From assembly GCA_963729715.1 (NCBI GenBank), contig CAVSPA010000004.1, forward strand, positions 192,001-256,000: a stretch of DNA of 64,000 nt, given 5' to 3'. Below the pieces are notes generated by a model. It did not search any database. It was not told the origin of the DNA and saw only the letters and a program-made list of their open reading frames with translations. A program made the translations under genes and the position numbers. Below, in pieces: positions 51,944 through 62,982 of this stretch. The stretch comes from an uncultured delta proteobacterium (lineage in GTDB: Bacteria > Desulfobacterota > Syntrophia > Syntrophales > UBA2185). Position 1 is the stretch's first letter, and the number at the start of each line of letters is the position of its first letter.

Positions 51944-54260
51944 GGTTTTTCTTCTTGCTGCGGTTAAATTCCCGTATAACGGGATCGGGATAATCAATCC
52001 TTTGGTGGAAGATGCCGTTTAAAATCCGTGTGAAGTTTTCTGCAATTTTATTCAGATCGTGAAGGGTAATTTCACATTCGTCGAGCTGACCATCCATAAA
52101 CACTTTTTCGATTCTTTCACGCACGAGGTTCCTGATTCTTGCCGGTGTGGGAGAGGACAATGCCCTTGATGAGGCTTCTACAACATCCGCGAGGAGCACT
52201 AATCCGGCCTCCTTGCTCTGAGGCTTGGGTCCGGCATAGCGAAAATCGCTTTCGGGCAGAGATCTGATAGATGCATCCTTGTCCCGCTTAGCCTTCTCAT
52301 AAAAGTACGAAACGAGGCTCGTGCCGTGATGTTCTCTGATGATGTTCGTAATTTGCGTTCCGAGTTTAGCTTTGCAGGCAAGTTCACAGCCGTCTTTAAC
52401 ATGGGAAGTAATAATAAGGCTGCTCATTTTCGGAGATAGCCTGTCATGTCTATTCTCTCCGTTACGCTGGTTTTCTATAAAATACTGTGGCTTCTTAGTC
52501 TTCCCAATGTCGTGATAGTAAGCGCTGACCCTGGCCAGAAGTGGATTTGCCCTTATGGTCTCGGCCGCAGCTTCCGCCAGCGAAGCCACTATAATGCTAT
52601 GGTGATATGTTCCCGGCACTTCCATGATCATTCTCTGGAAAATGGGCTGATTGAGGTTGGCAAGCTCCAATAGTTTTATGTCCGTTGAATAATCAAAGAA
52701 AGTCTCAAAGAGAGGTGTGATTCCTGCCACGATGATTCCGGAAACAATGCCGCCCATAAAGCCCATAGCGAGCATTATAAGGGTATTGGCCGAGACAATA
52801 GTGCTTAACGGAGATAAGAGGCACAGCGAAAAAATAACAGCGGAATTTAGCAGCCCCAATAAAAGACCAACTTTTAAAAATGCCGATCGCTTTTTGCAAC
52901 ATTCCGTTTGATAGGATGCCGCTGCACTTCCGAGGAAAGAAAAAAGCATTATAGTAATTTTGCCATTGAAGAGAAACGCAGCCAGACAGGACGAAAAAAT
53001 AGAGAAGATCAGCGCTACGTTCCGGTTGATGAGAACTCCTATCAGCATGGCACCCGCGGCAAATGGGATCGCATAAAAGCAGGCCTCTGCGGAGAAAAGC
53101 GGCAAGGCCCTGTTGATGGCTTCAGATATGAAAATGCCCGCCTTTATTAGGACTATTTGGAGGACCAACATGAAGCTCAAGAAAATGGTATCAGAAATCT
53201 TCGCCTCGGGAGCAGTCCATCTTTTCGTGAGATGAAATAGTACAATCGCGAGTGATAGAATCAAGAAGAAGATGCCGAAAAGGATGGAAAGGTTGGGAAA
53301 ATACTTTTCACCTTTGAAGGTTACAAAGACTTCCAGTTTGTCCTGGTCGAGAGCAGTTATCTTCTGCCCTTCGCGAATCATGATTTCATCCTTCAGAACC
53401 TGGAAAAACACGGGCTTAAGCTCATCGAGATGATTTTGTTTTCTTCTTTCTGATGCATTCCTGTTTAAAATCAAATTTGGCTGGAGCAGCTTCCGGGTTA
53501 GAGAAACGACGCAGCGCCCTAAATCCTCTCTGCCCTGTCCAATGACGTTATTTGCCTTCCCCATTGATGGTATGTCTATGGTACTAATGTTACGGATAGA
53601 TTTGAGATTTTGTTCAGATCTTTCTTTTTGACTCTTGATATCCCTGATGACTATCCCATTGTCCATATCCTGTTTAGTAAACACCTGGTTGGTTAGTGAT
53701 CGGGAACTGTAGGTTCTTGTGATAACCCTGGAAATTGCCTCCGCTATATAAGGGGCAAATCGATATTTTTGAAAGGTATTAAATTCATCGTAGGTGAGAG
53801 ACACTCCTAATGAATTCTCAAGGGTGCTCCTTGTTTGCCTGGAAATGGCCTGGGCATCAGCCAAGACGTTGTCGCTCAAGGCATGCTCTTGTTCTGCAGC
53901 CATAAATGCTTTGGCGACGGTTGCCTTTAACTGGCGAGGGATATCGCCGTCATAATCATAGACGGAGGGGATTTGCCTCATGGCTTCCATTTTTTTCTGT
54001 TCGGAAGATGCCTTATCTTCAACGAGAAAATCGCGGTCCGCTCGGACATCTCTGAGGGCTATGGATCCGGCTTTATACTCGGGATATGAAAAGCGAAGTT
54101 GCGGGGTCAGCAGAAGGGAAAGAATCGCGCTTAACAATATGACGGAAGCCCACCTTTGGAATGCTATTTTTTTTACAAAGTCCGGTATTAGCTTTCTTTG
54201 TGTAGCTTGCTTCTTGATGACTTGCGCAATAGCGGATAGCTTGAGATATTCTGGTATCAT
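51900..54260 (-). CDS. 7TM-HD phosphohydrolase (PgpH/YqfF-like)
   Basis: Extracellular domain, 7 TM, PGTYHHS, YHDIGK, HHGTS, LADVVEA; phoH-HD-ybeY order. Confidence 0.92.
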   Translation of the reverse strand: MIPEYLKLSAIAQVIKKQATQRKLIPDFVKKIAFQRWASVILLSAILSLLLTPQLRFSYPEYKAGSIALRDVRADRDFLVEDKASSEQKKMEAMRQIPSVYDYDGDIPRQLKATVAKAFMAAEQEHALSDNVLADAQAISRQTRSTLENSLGVSLTYDEFNTFQKYRFAPYIAEAISRVITRTYSSRSLTNQVFTKQDMDNGIVIRDIKSQKERSEQNLKSIRNISTIDIPSMGKANNVIGQGREDLGRCVVSLTRKLLQPNLILNRNASERRKQNHLDELKPVFFQVLKDEIMIREGQKITALDQDKLEVFVTFKGEKYFPNLSILFGIFFLILSLAIVLFHLTKRWTAPEAKISDTIFLSFMLVLQIVLIKAGIFISEAINRALPLFSAEACFYAIPFAAGAMLIGVLINRNVALIFSIFSSCLAAFLFNGKITIMLFSFLGSAAASYQTECCKKRSAFLKVGLLLGLLNSAVIFSLCLLSPLSTIVSANTLIMLAMGFMGGIVSGIIVAGITPLFETFFDYSTDIKLLELANLNQPIFQRMIMEVPGTYHHSIIVASLAEAAAETIRANPLLARVSAYYHDIGKTKKPQYFIENQRNGENRHDRLSPKMSSLIITSHVKDGCELACKAKLGTQITNIIREHHGTSLVSYFYEKAKRDKDASIRSLPESDFRYAGPKPQSKEAGLVLLADVVEASSRALSSPTPARIRNLVRERIEKVFMDGQLDECEITLHDLNKIAENFTRILNGIFHQRIDYPDPVIREFNRSKKKNHASHNRKQAEANKH

Positions 54261-55261
54261 GAAGATAATTGTTGTCTGTTCTTTTTCCTTCCGCGATCCA
54301 AATGGTTGTACGCCCGTATCACGTCCTGCACGAGGGGATGTCTGACCACATCAATCTCGGAAAAATTAACAAACTTGATATCCCTTACTTTCTTAAGAAT
54401 TGTCTCCGCCTCTACGAGACCGGATATCTTGTCATGCGGGAGATCTATCTGGGTTATATCACCTGTAATGACAGCTTTCGATCCGAATCCCAGCCTGGTT
54501 AAGAACATCTTCATCTGTTCAGAGGTGGTGTTTTGCGCTTCATCGAGAATGACAAAAGAGTCATTCAATGTCCTCCCCCGCATGAACGCGAGAGGGGCGA
54601 CTTCGATCACCCCCTTATGAATGAGGGCAGACGCCTTGTCAAAATCAATCATGTCAAAAAGAGCATCATAAAGCGGCCTGAGATAGGGGTTAACCTTTTC
54701 TGCAAGATCGCCGGGCAGAAAACCGAGTCTTTCGCCTGCTTCAACGGCAGGCCTAGCCAGAACAATCCTGTTAACTTTCTTATCAAGAAGCGCAGAGACA
54801 GCCATGGCCATAGCGAGGTATGTTTTGCCTGTTCCCGCTGGACCGATTGCAAAGACAATATCGTAGCTTCTGATCAGATCAATGTATATTTTCTGGGCGA
54901 TGCTTTTAGGAGTAATTGCGCGTTTTTTTGAAGAGATGAAGACTGTATCAAGGAATATTTTTTCGAGATTTGTTGAGTGGTTACTGGAAAGAATCCTGTG
55001 TGCGTAGTCGATATCTGCGGGATATATGGGGTATCCTTTTTCCAACAACGCATGGAGTTGAAGAACAAGATTATGAACAAGGTCCACAGCGACTTGTTCT
55101 CCGGCAATAGATAAGATGTTGCCGCGCACGCCTATCTTTACAGGCTCAAATTTTTCAATGAGCTTTATGTTCCTGTCGTGTTCACCGAGGAGACTTTTCA
55201 GGAGGTCATTGTCTGTAAAAGTGATCTTCTTAACCCAACTGAAGTCCGTCGCTTGCTTCAA
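54257..55261 (-). CDS. phoH: PhoH-family ATPase (YbeZ-like)
   Basis: GPAGTGKT, RPAVEAGE.LGFLPG, LDEAQN, TGD.TQ.D. Confidence 0.93.
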   Translation of the reverse strand: MKQATDFSWVKKITFTDNDLLKSLLGEHDRNIKLIEKFEPVKIGVRGNILSIAGEQVAVDLVHNLVLQLHALLEKGYPIYPADIDYAHRILSSNHSTNLEKIFLDTVFISSKKRAITPKSIAQKIYIDLIRSYDIVFAIGPAGTGKTYLAMAMAVSALLDKKVNRIVLARPAVEAGERLGFLPGDLAEKVNPYLRPLYDALFDMIDFDKASALIHKGVIEVAPLAFMRGRTLNDSFVILDEAQNTTSEQMKMFLTRLGFGSKAVITGDITQIDLPHDKISGLVEAETILKKVRDIKFVNFSEIDVVRHPLVQDVIRAYNHLDRGRKKNRQQLSS

Positions 55262-55384
55262 TGAAATAGGTTACCTCATGAAAAATTGCTTAATGATGTT
55301 GAATACTTTTTCCCCAATGTGCATAGAACGCTGCTTATACTATCATGCGATGTTTCCCATTGCAATCAGTTTTGCTCGCGACAT

Positions 55385-56629
55385 TTATTGCTCTTGCAGA
55401 AACAGGTTAGCGTATACTTTGGCATTTCCCACCATGTTTGAAATGAGGCAGTTTTCGTTTGGTTGATGAGCTGTGTGCTGCATCCTCGACCAAACTGCGG
55501 CAGGGTAGTTGTGCTCACGAAATATTGCAGCGATAGTTCCTCCACCTATCCCTTGAGGTGTCGCTTCGACATTATAAACGCCTCTGATGGCTTTCTTAAG
55601 GGCTTTGACAACGGCGGCATCATGCGGTGTTGGAGGAGGCGCCTGAGCTTCCTGAACGGTCGTGATCTCTATTGACACATCAAATCTTTTTTCGATCTCG
55701 TCGGCAATTCGCTTTACTTCGCGAAGTACGTGGGAAAGACTATATTGAGGCAGAACCCTGCTGTCCATATAAAAGACATCGTCTCCGGGAATAGTGTTGA
55801 TGTTGGGGATATTGGGTTCTTTCTTTGTCGGTTGAAAGGTGCTTGTCTGAGGGTCGTAAAAATGATCAGAAGCGGCGAAAATTTGATGAAGGCTGTCGAG
55901 CAGGACTACGAAATGAGATGCCGCGTAGAAAGCGTTTTTCCCCAGGCCGGGCCTGCTCGCATGACACTGTTTGCCAATCGTTTTGAAGCGCAGCCACAAA
56001 ATACTTTTCTCCGCTGTCTCAATCATCGTTCCATCTTCGTTTCCGGAATCAGGAATCACGATGATATCCGCTTTGCGAAAAGGATTCTCATTACTCTGCA
56101 TGATGTATGATAAACCGAAACGGCTTGCTGTTTCTTCATCAGCAACGAATGCCAAGCCTATCGAACATTCCGGTTTAATGCCCTCATCGAGCAAGGCCCT
56201 GACTGCGAATATGGAGGATACGAGATCCTGCTGATTATCTTCCGTGCCCCTCCCATAGACTCTACCGTCCTTTACATAGCATCTGAAAGGGTCTTCATCC
56301 CAGAGTTCCAGCTCGCCGGGTGGAACCACATCCATATGTGTCATAATCCAGACGGTTTTCGAGGGATTATTACCGGGCATGGTTACGACGAGATTGGGAC
56401 GGATACCCGAGGACGTCCTACTATCCGGTGCGTTTATTTGTGGAACATTGGGAAGATTCATGGCAGTGAGATATTTGAGAATGAATTGGGCTTTATTAAA
56501 TTCGCCATCACCGCCATTGTCGGGAGACAGGGCGGGGATGGCAGTCAGATCAACCTGCAATTTGATCATGGCATCCTTGTAGGAGTCGATCCGTCTGCTG
56601 ATTCTTTCGAAAGACGTTATATTGTTCAC
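55385..56629 (-). CDS. M20 family metallohydrolase (DapE/ArgE-like)
   Basis: HMDVVPPG, GRGTED, DEE, H at C-terminal AHQPNE. Confidence 0.9.
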   Translation of the reverse strand: MNNITSFERISRRIDSYKDAMIKLQVDLTAIPALSPDNGGDGEFNKAQFILKYLTAMNLPNVPQINAPDSRTSSGIRPNLVVTMPGNNPSKTVWIMTHMDVVPPGELELWDEDPFRCYVKDGRVYGRGTEDNQQDLVSSIFAVRALLDEGIKPECSIGLAFVADEETASRFGLSYIMQSNENPFRKADIIVIPDSGNEDGTMIETAEKSILWLRFKTIGKQCHASRPGLGKNAFYAASHFVVLLDSLHQIFAASDHFYDPQTSTFQPTKKEPNIPNINTIPGDDVFYMDSRVLPQYSLSHVLREVKRIADEIEKRFDVSIEITTVQEAQAPPPTPHDAAVVKALKKAIRGVYNVEATPQGIGGGTIAAIFREHNYPAAVWSRMQHTAHQPNENCLISNMVGNAKVYANLFLQEQ

Positions 56630-58062
56630 CGCTGATCCCCAATCCGGGAAACATTTCCGAAGCTGGCAATGACCTGATTGTAGGCTTCTTCATTCCCTAA
56701 AATGAAGGTAACAGTTTCATCAGGAAATAAATATTTCAGAGCCACTCTTTTCAGCTCTTCTGGCCGAACCCTGCCTATCTTTTCTCTGTAGGTTGCGAGA
56801 TAATCGTGAGGCAGTTTGTCGTATTCGATCATCAATTGCTGGTGAGAGATTTGATCTGCAGACTGAAATGAGAAAATAAAGTTATTGCTGATGGACTTTG
56901 TAGCCCATTCGAGTTCTTTCTTATCTACGGACCTTATCCTTGGATCTTCCATGATTGACCGCAGGAGTGAAAGCACTTTTGCTGTCGAATTGGATTCTGT
57001 CATTGCATAGGCCCCGAATATCCCATATTCACTCCTCTTCGTGTAAAAACTTCCCGTGCTGTATGCGAGCCCCCGGCTATTTCTTATTTCCCGAAAAATC
57101 CGAGACTTGAAACCGCCGCTGCCAAGTATAAAATCGAGGACCTCAAAGGGGTATGCGTCTGGCTCCTTCCTGCCGGGAGCAAAATTGGCGCAGATGACTA
57201 TGGACTGAGGAGTGTTCTTGGGCAGAAAAAAAATATGACCTTTTTGTTTAACGGGTATGGGGGGAATAACATAATTGTTTCTGGATACATTCCACGAGCC
57301 GAGATACTGCTTGATTTTCGCAATGGCCTCTTCCTTCGATATATCTCCGGTGACGGATATGAAAATGTTCTCCGGGAAAAAGAATCTTCTGTGAAACTCT
57401 ATCAGGTCGTCTCTCTTGATGTTGTTGATGGATGATGTTGATGGAAATCTCCCTGCGGGATTATTCTCAAAAAAAACGTGCGTGAATTCCCTGAAAGCCA
57501 GTTTCTTGGGATCATCAGCTACTCTCCTGAGCTCCTCGATCTTTAAGTTTCTTGCCAGTTTCAGCTTGCCTTCTTCAAAGGCGGGCTCTGTGATTATCTG
57601 AGAAAAGATATTCAGCCCTTTGTCCAAATCCTTCTTAAGAATGGAAAGGCTGATCGAGCCGGAATCGCGGTTCATCGAGATATGAAGTGAACCGGCAAAG
57701 AAATCTAAGGCCTCGTCAACCGCGTTGCCGGAGAGGGTTTCTGTTCCCCCTGTCCTCAGAACCGCGCCTGCAATTTCCGCGAGACCCTCTTTTCCTATAG
57801 GGTCATAATTGGAGCCGGTCCTGATGACCGCGGATATATTTAGGAGAGGCAGTTCACTGTCCGCAAATACGTAAAGGATGATGCCGTTATCTAAAAGGAC
57901 CCTATCCGCCCGCGGTAGTGTGAAATGGATTGGATGATATTTAAGCTCATCAGGTTTTGGTAGGGGGACCTGGGCGCGTTCCGCTGCATGGGCGGTTGAG
58001 CCGAACGCCAGGCACAGCAGCAGAAAAGAGATTAATATGATACGTGAAATCAGATTATTCAT
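56626..58062 (-). CDS. M16 peptidase, non-catalytic subunit
   Basis: M16 fold, no HXXEH, IR..RGLAYS substrate-binding motif. Confidence 0.88.
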   Translation of the reverse strand: MNNLISRIILISFLLLCLAFGSTAHAAERAQVPLPKPDELKYHPIHFTLPRADRVLLDNGIILYVFADSELPLLNISAVIRTGSNYDPIGKEGLAEIAGAVLRTGGTETLSGNAVDEALDFFAGSLHISMNRDSGSISLSILKKDLDKGLNIFSQIITEPAFEEGKLKLARNLKIEELRRVADDPKKLAFREFTHVFFENNPAGRFPSTSSINNIKRDDLIEFHRRFFFPENIFISVTGDISKEEAIAKIKQYLGSWNVSRNNYVIPPIPVKQKGHIFFLPKNTPQSIVICANFAPGRKEPDAYPFEVLDFILGSGGFKSRIFREIRNSRGLAYSTGSFYTKRSEYGIFGAYAMTESNSTAKVLSLLRSIMEDPRIRSVDKKELEWATKSISNNFIFSFQSADQISHQQLMIEYDKLPHDYLATYREKIGRVRPEELKRVALKYLFPDETVTFILGNEEAYNQVIASFGNVSRIGDQR

Positions 58063-58066
58063 ACAT

Positions 58067-59575
58067 CTAACTCTTAGAGATGAGCTGAACTACTGTCCTG
58101 TTATCAGGAGCGAGATATTTTCTTGCTACACGCATGATGTCCTCGGATGTCACCTGTTCGATCACTTTGATATGATCGGTTATATATTGGTAACTGCCGG
58201 TTATTGCCTCAAAATAGGAGAGCAGATTTGCCAGTCCAAGGTTCGAATTCAGGCTTCTTATAAAATCAGCATTGATCTGATTCTTAACCTTTTGTAATTC
58301 TCTTTCGGCAACAGGTTCCCTCTTTAGTTTTTCGATTTCTTCATAGATAGCTTGCTCGATGACGGCGTTGGTATGCGGATGACGAGGCTTCGCAAATATT
58401 ACGAAGAGGTTATCATATTTCGCCCCGGGCAGGCCGTTGACTGCCTGAACGCTTTCGGCGAGGGCCTTTTCCTCGACAAGCACTCTATGAAATCTCGATG
58501 TCCTTCCTTTGGAAAGAATACATTCTATTACATCGAACACATAGTCATCGAAGTCCGGCAGGGCCGGTTTGTGATAGCCTATGACCATCTGGGGATTTGC
58601 ATCCGAGACGATGTCTGCCCGCCGTTCGCCCTTTTGGGTAGGTTCTTGTGTAATAGGCGAGAGGTCTATATGACGGCTCGGTATGGCGCCAAAATATTTC
58701 TTGATGATCGCAAGTGTATTTACGGGGTCAATATCGCCCACAATCGCAATTACCGTATTATTCGGAGTGTGGTATCTCTTGAAAAATACTTCCGTGTACT
58801 CGAGACTCAAAAAACGCATATCCGAAGGCCAGCCGAGAACAGGTCGTCTGTATGGATGGGCAATGAATGCTGTGGCCATGAACTGCTCGTATAACTGGCC
58901 GTCCGGTTCCGATTCAATCCTCTGTTTGCGTTCTTCCATGACAACATTGCGTTCAGAATAGAATTCACGGAATACGGGCGCGGTCATTCGGTCTGCCTCG
59001 ATCCTTGCCCAGAGTTCGATTTTATTGGAAGGAAGGCTGACATGATACGTTGTAAGATCATGCCCGGTGGATGCATTTATGTTATCTCCGCCATTTTCCA
59101 CGTAGAGTCTGTCAATTTCATTTTCGAGAAACAATTTCTTGTGGTTCTTTTGCAAAACATCCATCCGTTGGGATAATGTTTGGATGCGGCTATTATTCGC
59201 GTTCTTCCCTTTCATCTTCTCAAGATCAAGTTGTTTGCCCGTTTCTGCAATCAACTTGAGACATTTTTCTTCTTCGTGATAGTTTTTTGTGCCGATCGTT
59301 TTTGTCCCTTTGAACAGCATGTGTTCCAAGAGGTGAGCAGTACCGGTTCTGCCATCAATTTCATCGACGGCGCCGACCCGGTGCCTGATATAGAAAGAAA
59401 CTGTCGGACTCAAATGTCTCTCCACCATGAGAATCTTCAAGCCATTCTTCAGGGTATATGACAAGATCCTGTTTCCCATTTCATAGGAAAATCCGGCGGA
59501 GGGCATGCTGATCATGAAAAGGACAGATGCAAAGATGCACATCAATATCCGTATGGATCTATATATCATTTTCAT
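58067..59575 (-). CDS. M16 zinc peptidase, catalytic subunit
   Basis: HLLEHMLFKGT, NAST, E..VV.EE. Confidence 0.92.
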   Translation of the reverse strand: MKMIYRSIRILMCIFASVLFMISMPSAGFSYEMGNRILSYTLKNGLKILMVERHLSPTVSFYIRHRVGAVDEIDGRTGTAHLLEHMLFKGTKTIGTKNYHEEEKCLKLIAETGKQLDLEKMKGKNANNSRIQTLSQRMDVLQKNHKKLFLENEIDRLYVENGGDNINASTGHDLTTYHVSLPSNKIELWARIEADRMTAPVFREFYSERNVVMEERKQRIESEPDGQLYEQFMATAFIAHPYRRPVLGWPSDMRFLSLEYTEVFFKRYHTPNNTVIAIVGDIDPVNTLAIIKKYFGAIPSRHIDLSPITQEPTQKGERRADIVSDANPQMVIGYHKPALPDFDDYVFDVIECILSKGRTSRFHRVLVEEKALAESVQAVNGLPGAKYDNLFVIFAKPRHPHTNAVIEQAIYEEIEKLKREPVAERELQKVKNQINADFIRSLNSNLGLANLLSYFEAITGSYQYITDHIKVIEQVTSEDIMRVARKYLAPDNRTVVQLISKS

Positions 59576-59798
59576 CCATCTTGTTTGGCTTCAGTATGGC
59601 TCGTCTGTGAAAAATGGGGTAGATGATTCCCACCATACTGATCAGAATGATCAGGCTTGACGAAAAAAAATACATGATGAACTCAAGAGGATTCTTCGTG
59701 CTGTATGCGGTTATAAGGGCATCGACGCCGAAAGCCAGGAATAATAACGATAAGAATGCTATCAGGACATTCTTCACCCACTGCGCCCGTGAGCCCAT
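59559..59798 (-). CDS. Small two-TM membrane protein
   Basis: Two hydrophobic helices; overlaps M16 start in operon fashion. Confidence 0.7.
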   Translation of the reverse strand: MGSRAQWVKNVLIAFLSLLFLAFGVDALITAYSTKNPLEFIMYFFSSSLIILISMVGIIYPIFHRRAILKPNKMDENDI

Positions 59799-59858
59799 AT
59801 CAACATTTCCCCCATTGAAAGAGACATGAAATATCTTGTCCTGTATTATATTCTGTCC

Positions 59859-60464
59859 TCATTTACCAAAAACAATCTTAAAGGTACCTTTGTCCGTCTG
59901 CACAACTGTTTCATTACTTCCATCCGGATAGGTCAGAGTGCCCGTTCCCTCGAGCTTGTTGTTCTTGAATCGGCCTTCTATCCTTCTTCCATCCGGAAGA
60001 ATCACAGCGCCTTGGCCGTTCAATAAATTGTCTTGAAATTGACCCGTATACTTAGTGCCATTGGCATCGAGCAATAGCCCGGTTCCGCTCCGCTTATCAT
60101 CCTTGAATTGTCCCTCGTATTTGGAGCCGTCGGTATAGAAATAGATCCCGGTTCCATCACGCTTACCGTTCTTAAATTCGCCTTCATACTTTTCACCGTT
60201 GGGAACTGTGTAAACACCGCGTCCATCAAAATTGCTGTCTTTAAATTGGCCGACGTACTTTGTACCATCGGGATAGGTGTAAGTTCCCTGACCCTCGCGT
60301 TTACCGTCCCTATGCTGACCCTCATAGACCGAGCCATCGATATGTTCATAGGTGCCTTCGCCATTCTTACAATTTCCCTTAATACAACCTGCATAAAGGC
60401 TGGTATGCATCAGCACCAAGATATAAATTATCAAGAATAAACAGATTCTCATTTTTGTCCCCAC
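59859..60464 (-). CDS. Secreted MORN-repeat protein
   Basis: Signal peptide, CIKGNCKNG, repeated Y.GQFKD....G.G. Confidence 0.9.
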   Translation of the reverse strand: MGTKMRICLFLIIYILVLMHTSLYAGCIKGNCKNGEGTYEHIDGSVYEGQHRDGKREGQGTYTYPDGTKYVGQFKDSNFDGRGVYTVPNGEKYEGEFKNGKRDGTGIYFYTDGSKYEGQFKDDKRSGTGLLLDANGTKYTGQFQDNLLNGQGAVILPDGRRIEGRFKNNKLEGTGTLTYPDGSNETVVQTDKGTFKIVFGK

Positions 60465-60517
60465 TTTAAAAGTGAGCTATGACTAACATGATTTTAAACG
60501 CGAAACAATGTCAAATA

Positions 60518-61876
60518 TCAGTGCCCTCTCGTCATCGTCTTTAAATCGTTATACATCTCAGGTGTTAATTTCTCACTGCTGCAGGGAAACAACGAGTTGT
60601 TATGAAAGAGAGGTTCTCCTTTGAGGTCAAAACGTGATCCGCGTACTGCCGCATCCCAGAGCGCCGTACCAGGGATGGGTGAATATTCAGCAATGATCGG
60701 TCTTGCCCCATGCAATTGCACATAGCGTATGCTGTCCCGCAGTTCTGCGGCCTCCTGGCCTGGCAAGCCGCAGAGGAGGTAGATGCCGATATCCTCGGAC
60801 TTATAGCCCGCTTCCCTGAGGTAGCGGACGGCGGCTTGCAGTTGGTCGTTGTTTACTTTAGCCCCCGTAGTCAACTGCGTCCTTGGATTGGATGATTCAA
60901 AGCCGAAACGTATAGTGGCAAAACCCGCCCTATGCATTAGCCTGCTTAACTCAGGCGTGATTTGAGATATGTGGAGGCCGTTCGGACAGTGAAATTGGCA
61001 AGTCAACTCTCGTTTGATTATTTCTTTAAGCATGGGAATGGCCATTTCGTGAGGGTTCAAAAGAAGTGCATCATCGTAAAGGGAAAACTGACTGACGCCG
61101 AAATGCATGTGCCAGAATTGGATCTCATCAACTACCTTTGCAGGGTGCCTCTGTCTGAAATTATCGGTCAATAGGCGCGAGGCGCAATAGGTGCAGTTAT
61201 AAGGACAGCCCCGCGAAGTGAGGATGGGAAACTGATCCTTGAGCGGCAGAAGATCCAAAGTAGGGTAGGGCAGAGAATCCAAATCACCCGGATCCGGCAA
61301 GTAAGATGGCTCGTCACCAAAAAAATCATGCAATAGGGCAGGGAGTTGCTTTTCACCTGCACCCGCTATAGTTTTGTCGGCCCCTGATTTCAATGCATGC
61401 TCAGGGCATAGTGTTGCATATATTCCACCTAAAACAATCGGGACACTCGGAAACGCATGTTTCGTAATCTTTATAACCTCAAAGACGCCAGGGTACCAGT
61501 ACGTCATCATGGAGGTGACAAGAATCAAATCGGGACTGCCGGATGACTTCATCTCGCTTGCCAGAATATCCGGCGTTATTCCGTATCTGTTATAATTCCG
61601 CTTAATTCCCTTCAAAGACTGGGGCTTGGGAATTCTCTCTTGGGGAAGTTTGCCGTGGCCTGTCACATGCCTCTTCGGCGACTTAATTCGGGCATGTCTT
61701 TTAAATTGAGGATGACGAGCATTCAAGCAATCGATAAAATGAACATTATAGCCATTCTTACGAAGGAGTCCCCCCATATAGAGAAGTCCGAGCGGTTTTA
61801 TCCATAAATCATAGGCAGCAAAATCGTATATCCATGGATTGATGAGAAGGATGTTCTTTTTGTTATGAGAAGTCAT
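60518..61876 (-). CDS. B12-binding domain radical SAM protein
   Basis: LLINPWIYDF..PLGL, LGGIYA, SRGCPYNCTYC. Confidence 0.9.
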   Translation of the reverse strand: MTSHNKKNILLINPWIYDFAAYDLWIKPLGLLYMGGLLRKNGYNVHFIDCLNARHPQFKRHARIKSPKRHVTGHGKLPQERIPKPQSLKGIKRNYNRYGITPDILASEMKSSGSPDLILVTSMMTYWYPGVFEVIKITKHAFPSVPIVLGGIYATLCPEHALKSGADKTIAGAGEKQLPALLHDFFGDEPSYLPDPGDLDSLPYPTLDLLPLKDQFPILTSRGCPYNCTYCASRLLTDNFRQRHPAKVVDEIQFWHMHFGVSQFSLYDDALLLNPHEMAIPMLKEIIKRELTCQFHCPNGLHISQITPELSRLMHRAGFATIRFGFESSNPRTQLTTGAKVNNDQLQAAVRYLREAGYKSEDIGIYLLCGLPGQEAAELRDSIRYVQLHGARPIIAEYSPIPGTALWDAAVRGSRFDLKGEPLFHNNSLFPCSSEKLTPEMYNDLKTMTRGH

Positions 61877-62011
61877 ATGTTTTTCACGATATATAATTTT
61901 TTCACATATAAGACAACATAATCTCATCGTTTGTCGGTGGATGCAGAGAAAAGACTTGAAGCATTAATTGAATATTGCTACCATGCCGGCACAACGGAGA
62001 AGTCAGAGGAT

Positions 62012-62461
62012 ATGAGGTGCGTTGTACAGAGGGTAGATAGGGCGAGGGTCATTGTTGACGGAGAGATAATATCGAGTATAGGAAAGGGAGCCCTTGTCTT
62101 TCTGGGTATAGAAAGGGGAGATAGTTATCGCGATGCGGATTTTCTCCTTGAAAAAATAATCCATTTGAGGATATTTGAAGATTTGCAGGGAAAGATGAAT
62201 CTATCTCTCATCGAGATATCCTGCGAGATTCTTATCGTATCTCAGTTTACACTACTAGCGGATTGCCGAAAGGGACGAAGGCCTTCTTTTATCTCTGCGG
62301 AGGAGCCGGCGGAGGCCAAAAGACTGTACGACTACTTCGTAAGCCGAGCCCGCGAAAAAATTGACCATGTAGGTACTGGCGAATTCCAGGCCATGATGAA
62401 GATAGAATCGGTAAATGATGGTCCTGTCACAATGCTCGTCGACAGCAGAAAGACATTTTGA
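62012..62461 (+). CDS. dtd: D-aminoacyl-tRNA deacylase
   Basis: MRCVVQRV, SQFTL, GRRPSF, NDGPVT. Confidence 0.96.
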   Translation: MRCVVQRVDRARVIVDGEIISSIGKGALVFLGIERGDSYRDADFLLEKIIHLRIFEDLQGKMNLSLIEISCEILIVSQFTLLADCRKGRRPSFISAEEPAEAKRLYDYFVSRAREKIDHVGTGEFQAMMKIESVNDGPVTMLVDSRKTF

Positions 62462-62482
62462 AAAAAGAGCTGAGCAAGAACT

Positions 62483-62953
62483 ATGGATAAGGATATCCCG
62501 CCCTGTGACATAAGAATAGACAAAGAAGGTGTCTGGTATTACAAGGGCAATGAAATTTTCAGGGATGAAATCGTAAGATTCTTTTACCAAAATCTGAAGA
62601 AGGATGAAACCGGCAGATATTTAATTGAGCTTGATGACGACCGGTGCTATCTGGAAGTGGAAGACGCGCCCTTTGTTGTAAGAGCAATATATAAACGTAC
62701 TGCTCAATCAGGTAATGAAGAATGCATTAACCTTCTCTTGTCGGATCAGAGCGTTGAGAGACTCAATTGCGATTCTCTGTGGGCGGCAAAGGATAATGTG
62801 CTTTATTGTTCAGTTAAGAAGAACGCTTTCGTTGCACGTTTTTCAAGGGCGAGTTATTATCAAATTGCAGAATTCATAGAATGTAGTGACGGCGAAGATG
62901 GGTACTTTATTTCGCTGAACGGCAGACATTTCTGCATAACAATTGCGGCATGA
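62483..62953 (+). CDS. DUF1285-like protein
   Basis: IRIDKEGVWYY.G, VEDAPF, ARFSR..YY. Confidence 0.75.
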   Translation: MDKDIPPCDIRIDKEGVWYYKGNEIFRDEIVRFFYQNLKKDETGRYLIELDDDRCYLEVEDAPFVVRAIYKRTAQSGNEECINLLLSDQSVERLNCDSLWAAKDNVLYCSVKKNAFVARFSRASYYQIAEFIECSDGEDGYFISLNGRHFCITIAA

Positions 62954-62982
62954 AATAGATATTAAAGATATGGAGACGCACC

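Noticed and set aside
59859..60464. Periodic DNA similarity suggesting a repeat array/CRISPR
   Set aside because: Explained by MORN protein repeats; no CRISPR array seen anywhere in the window
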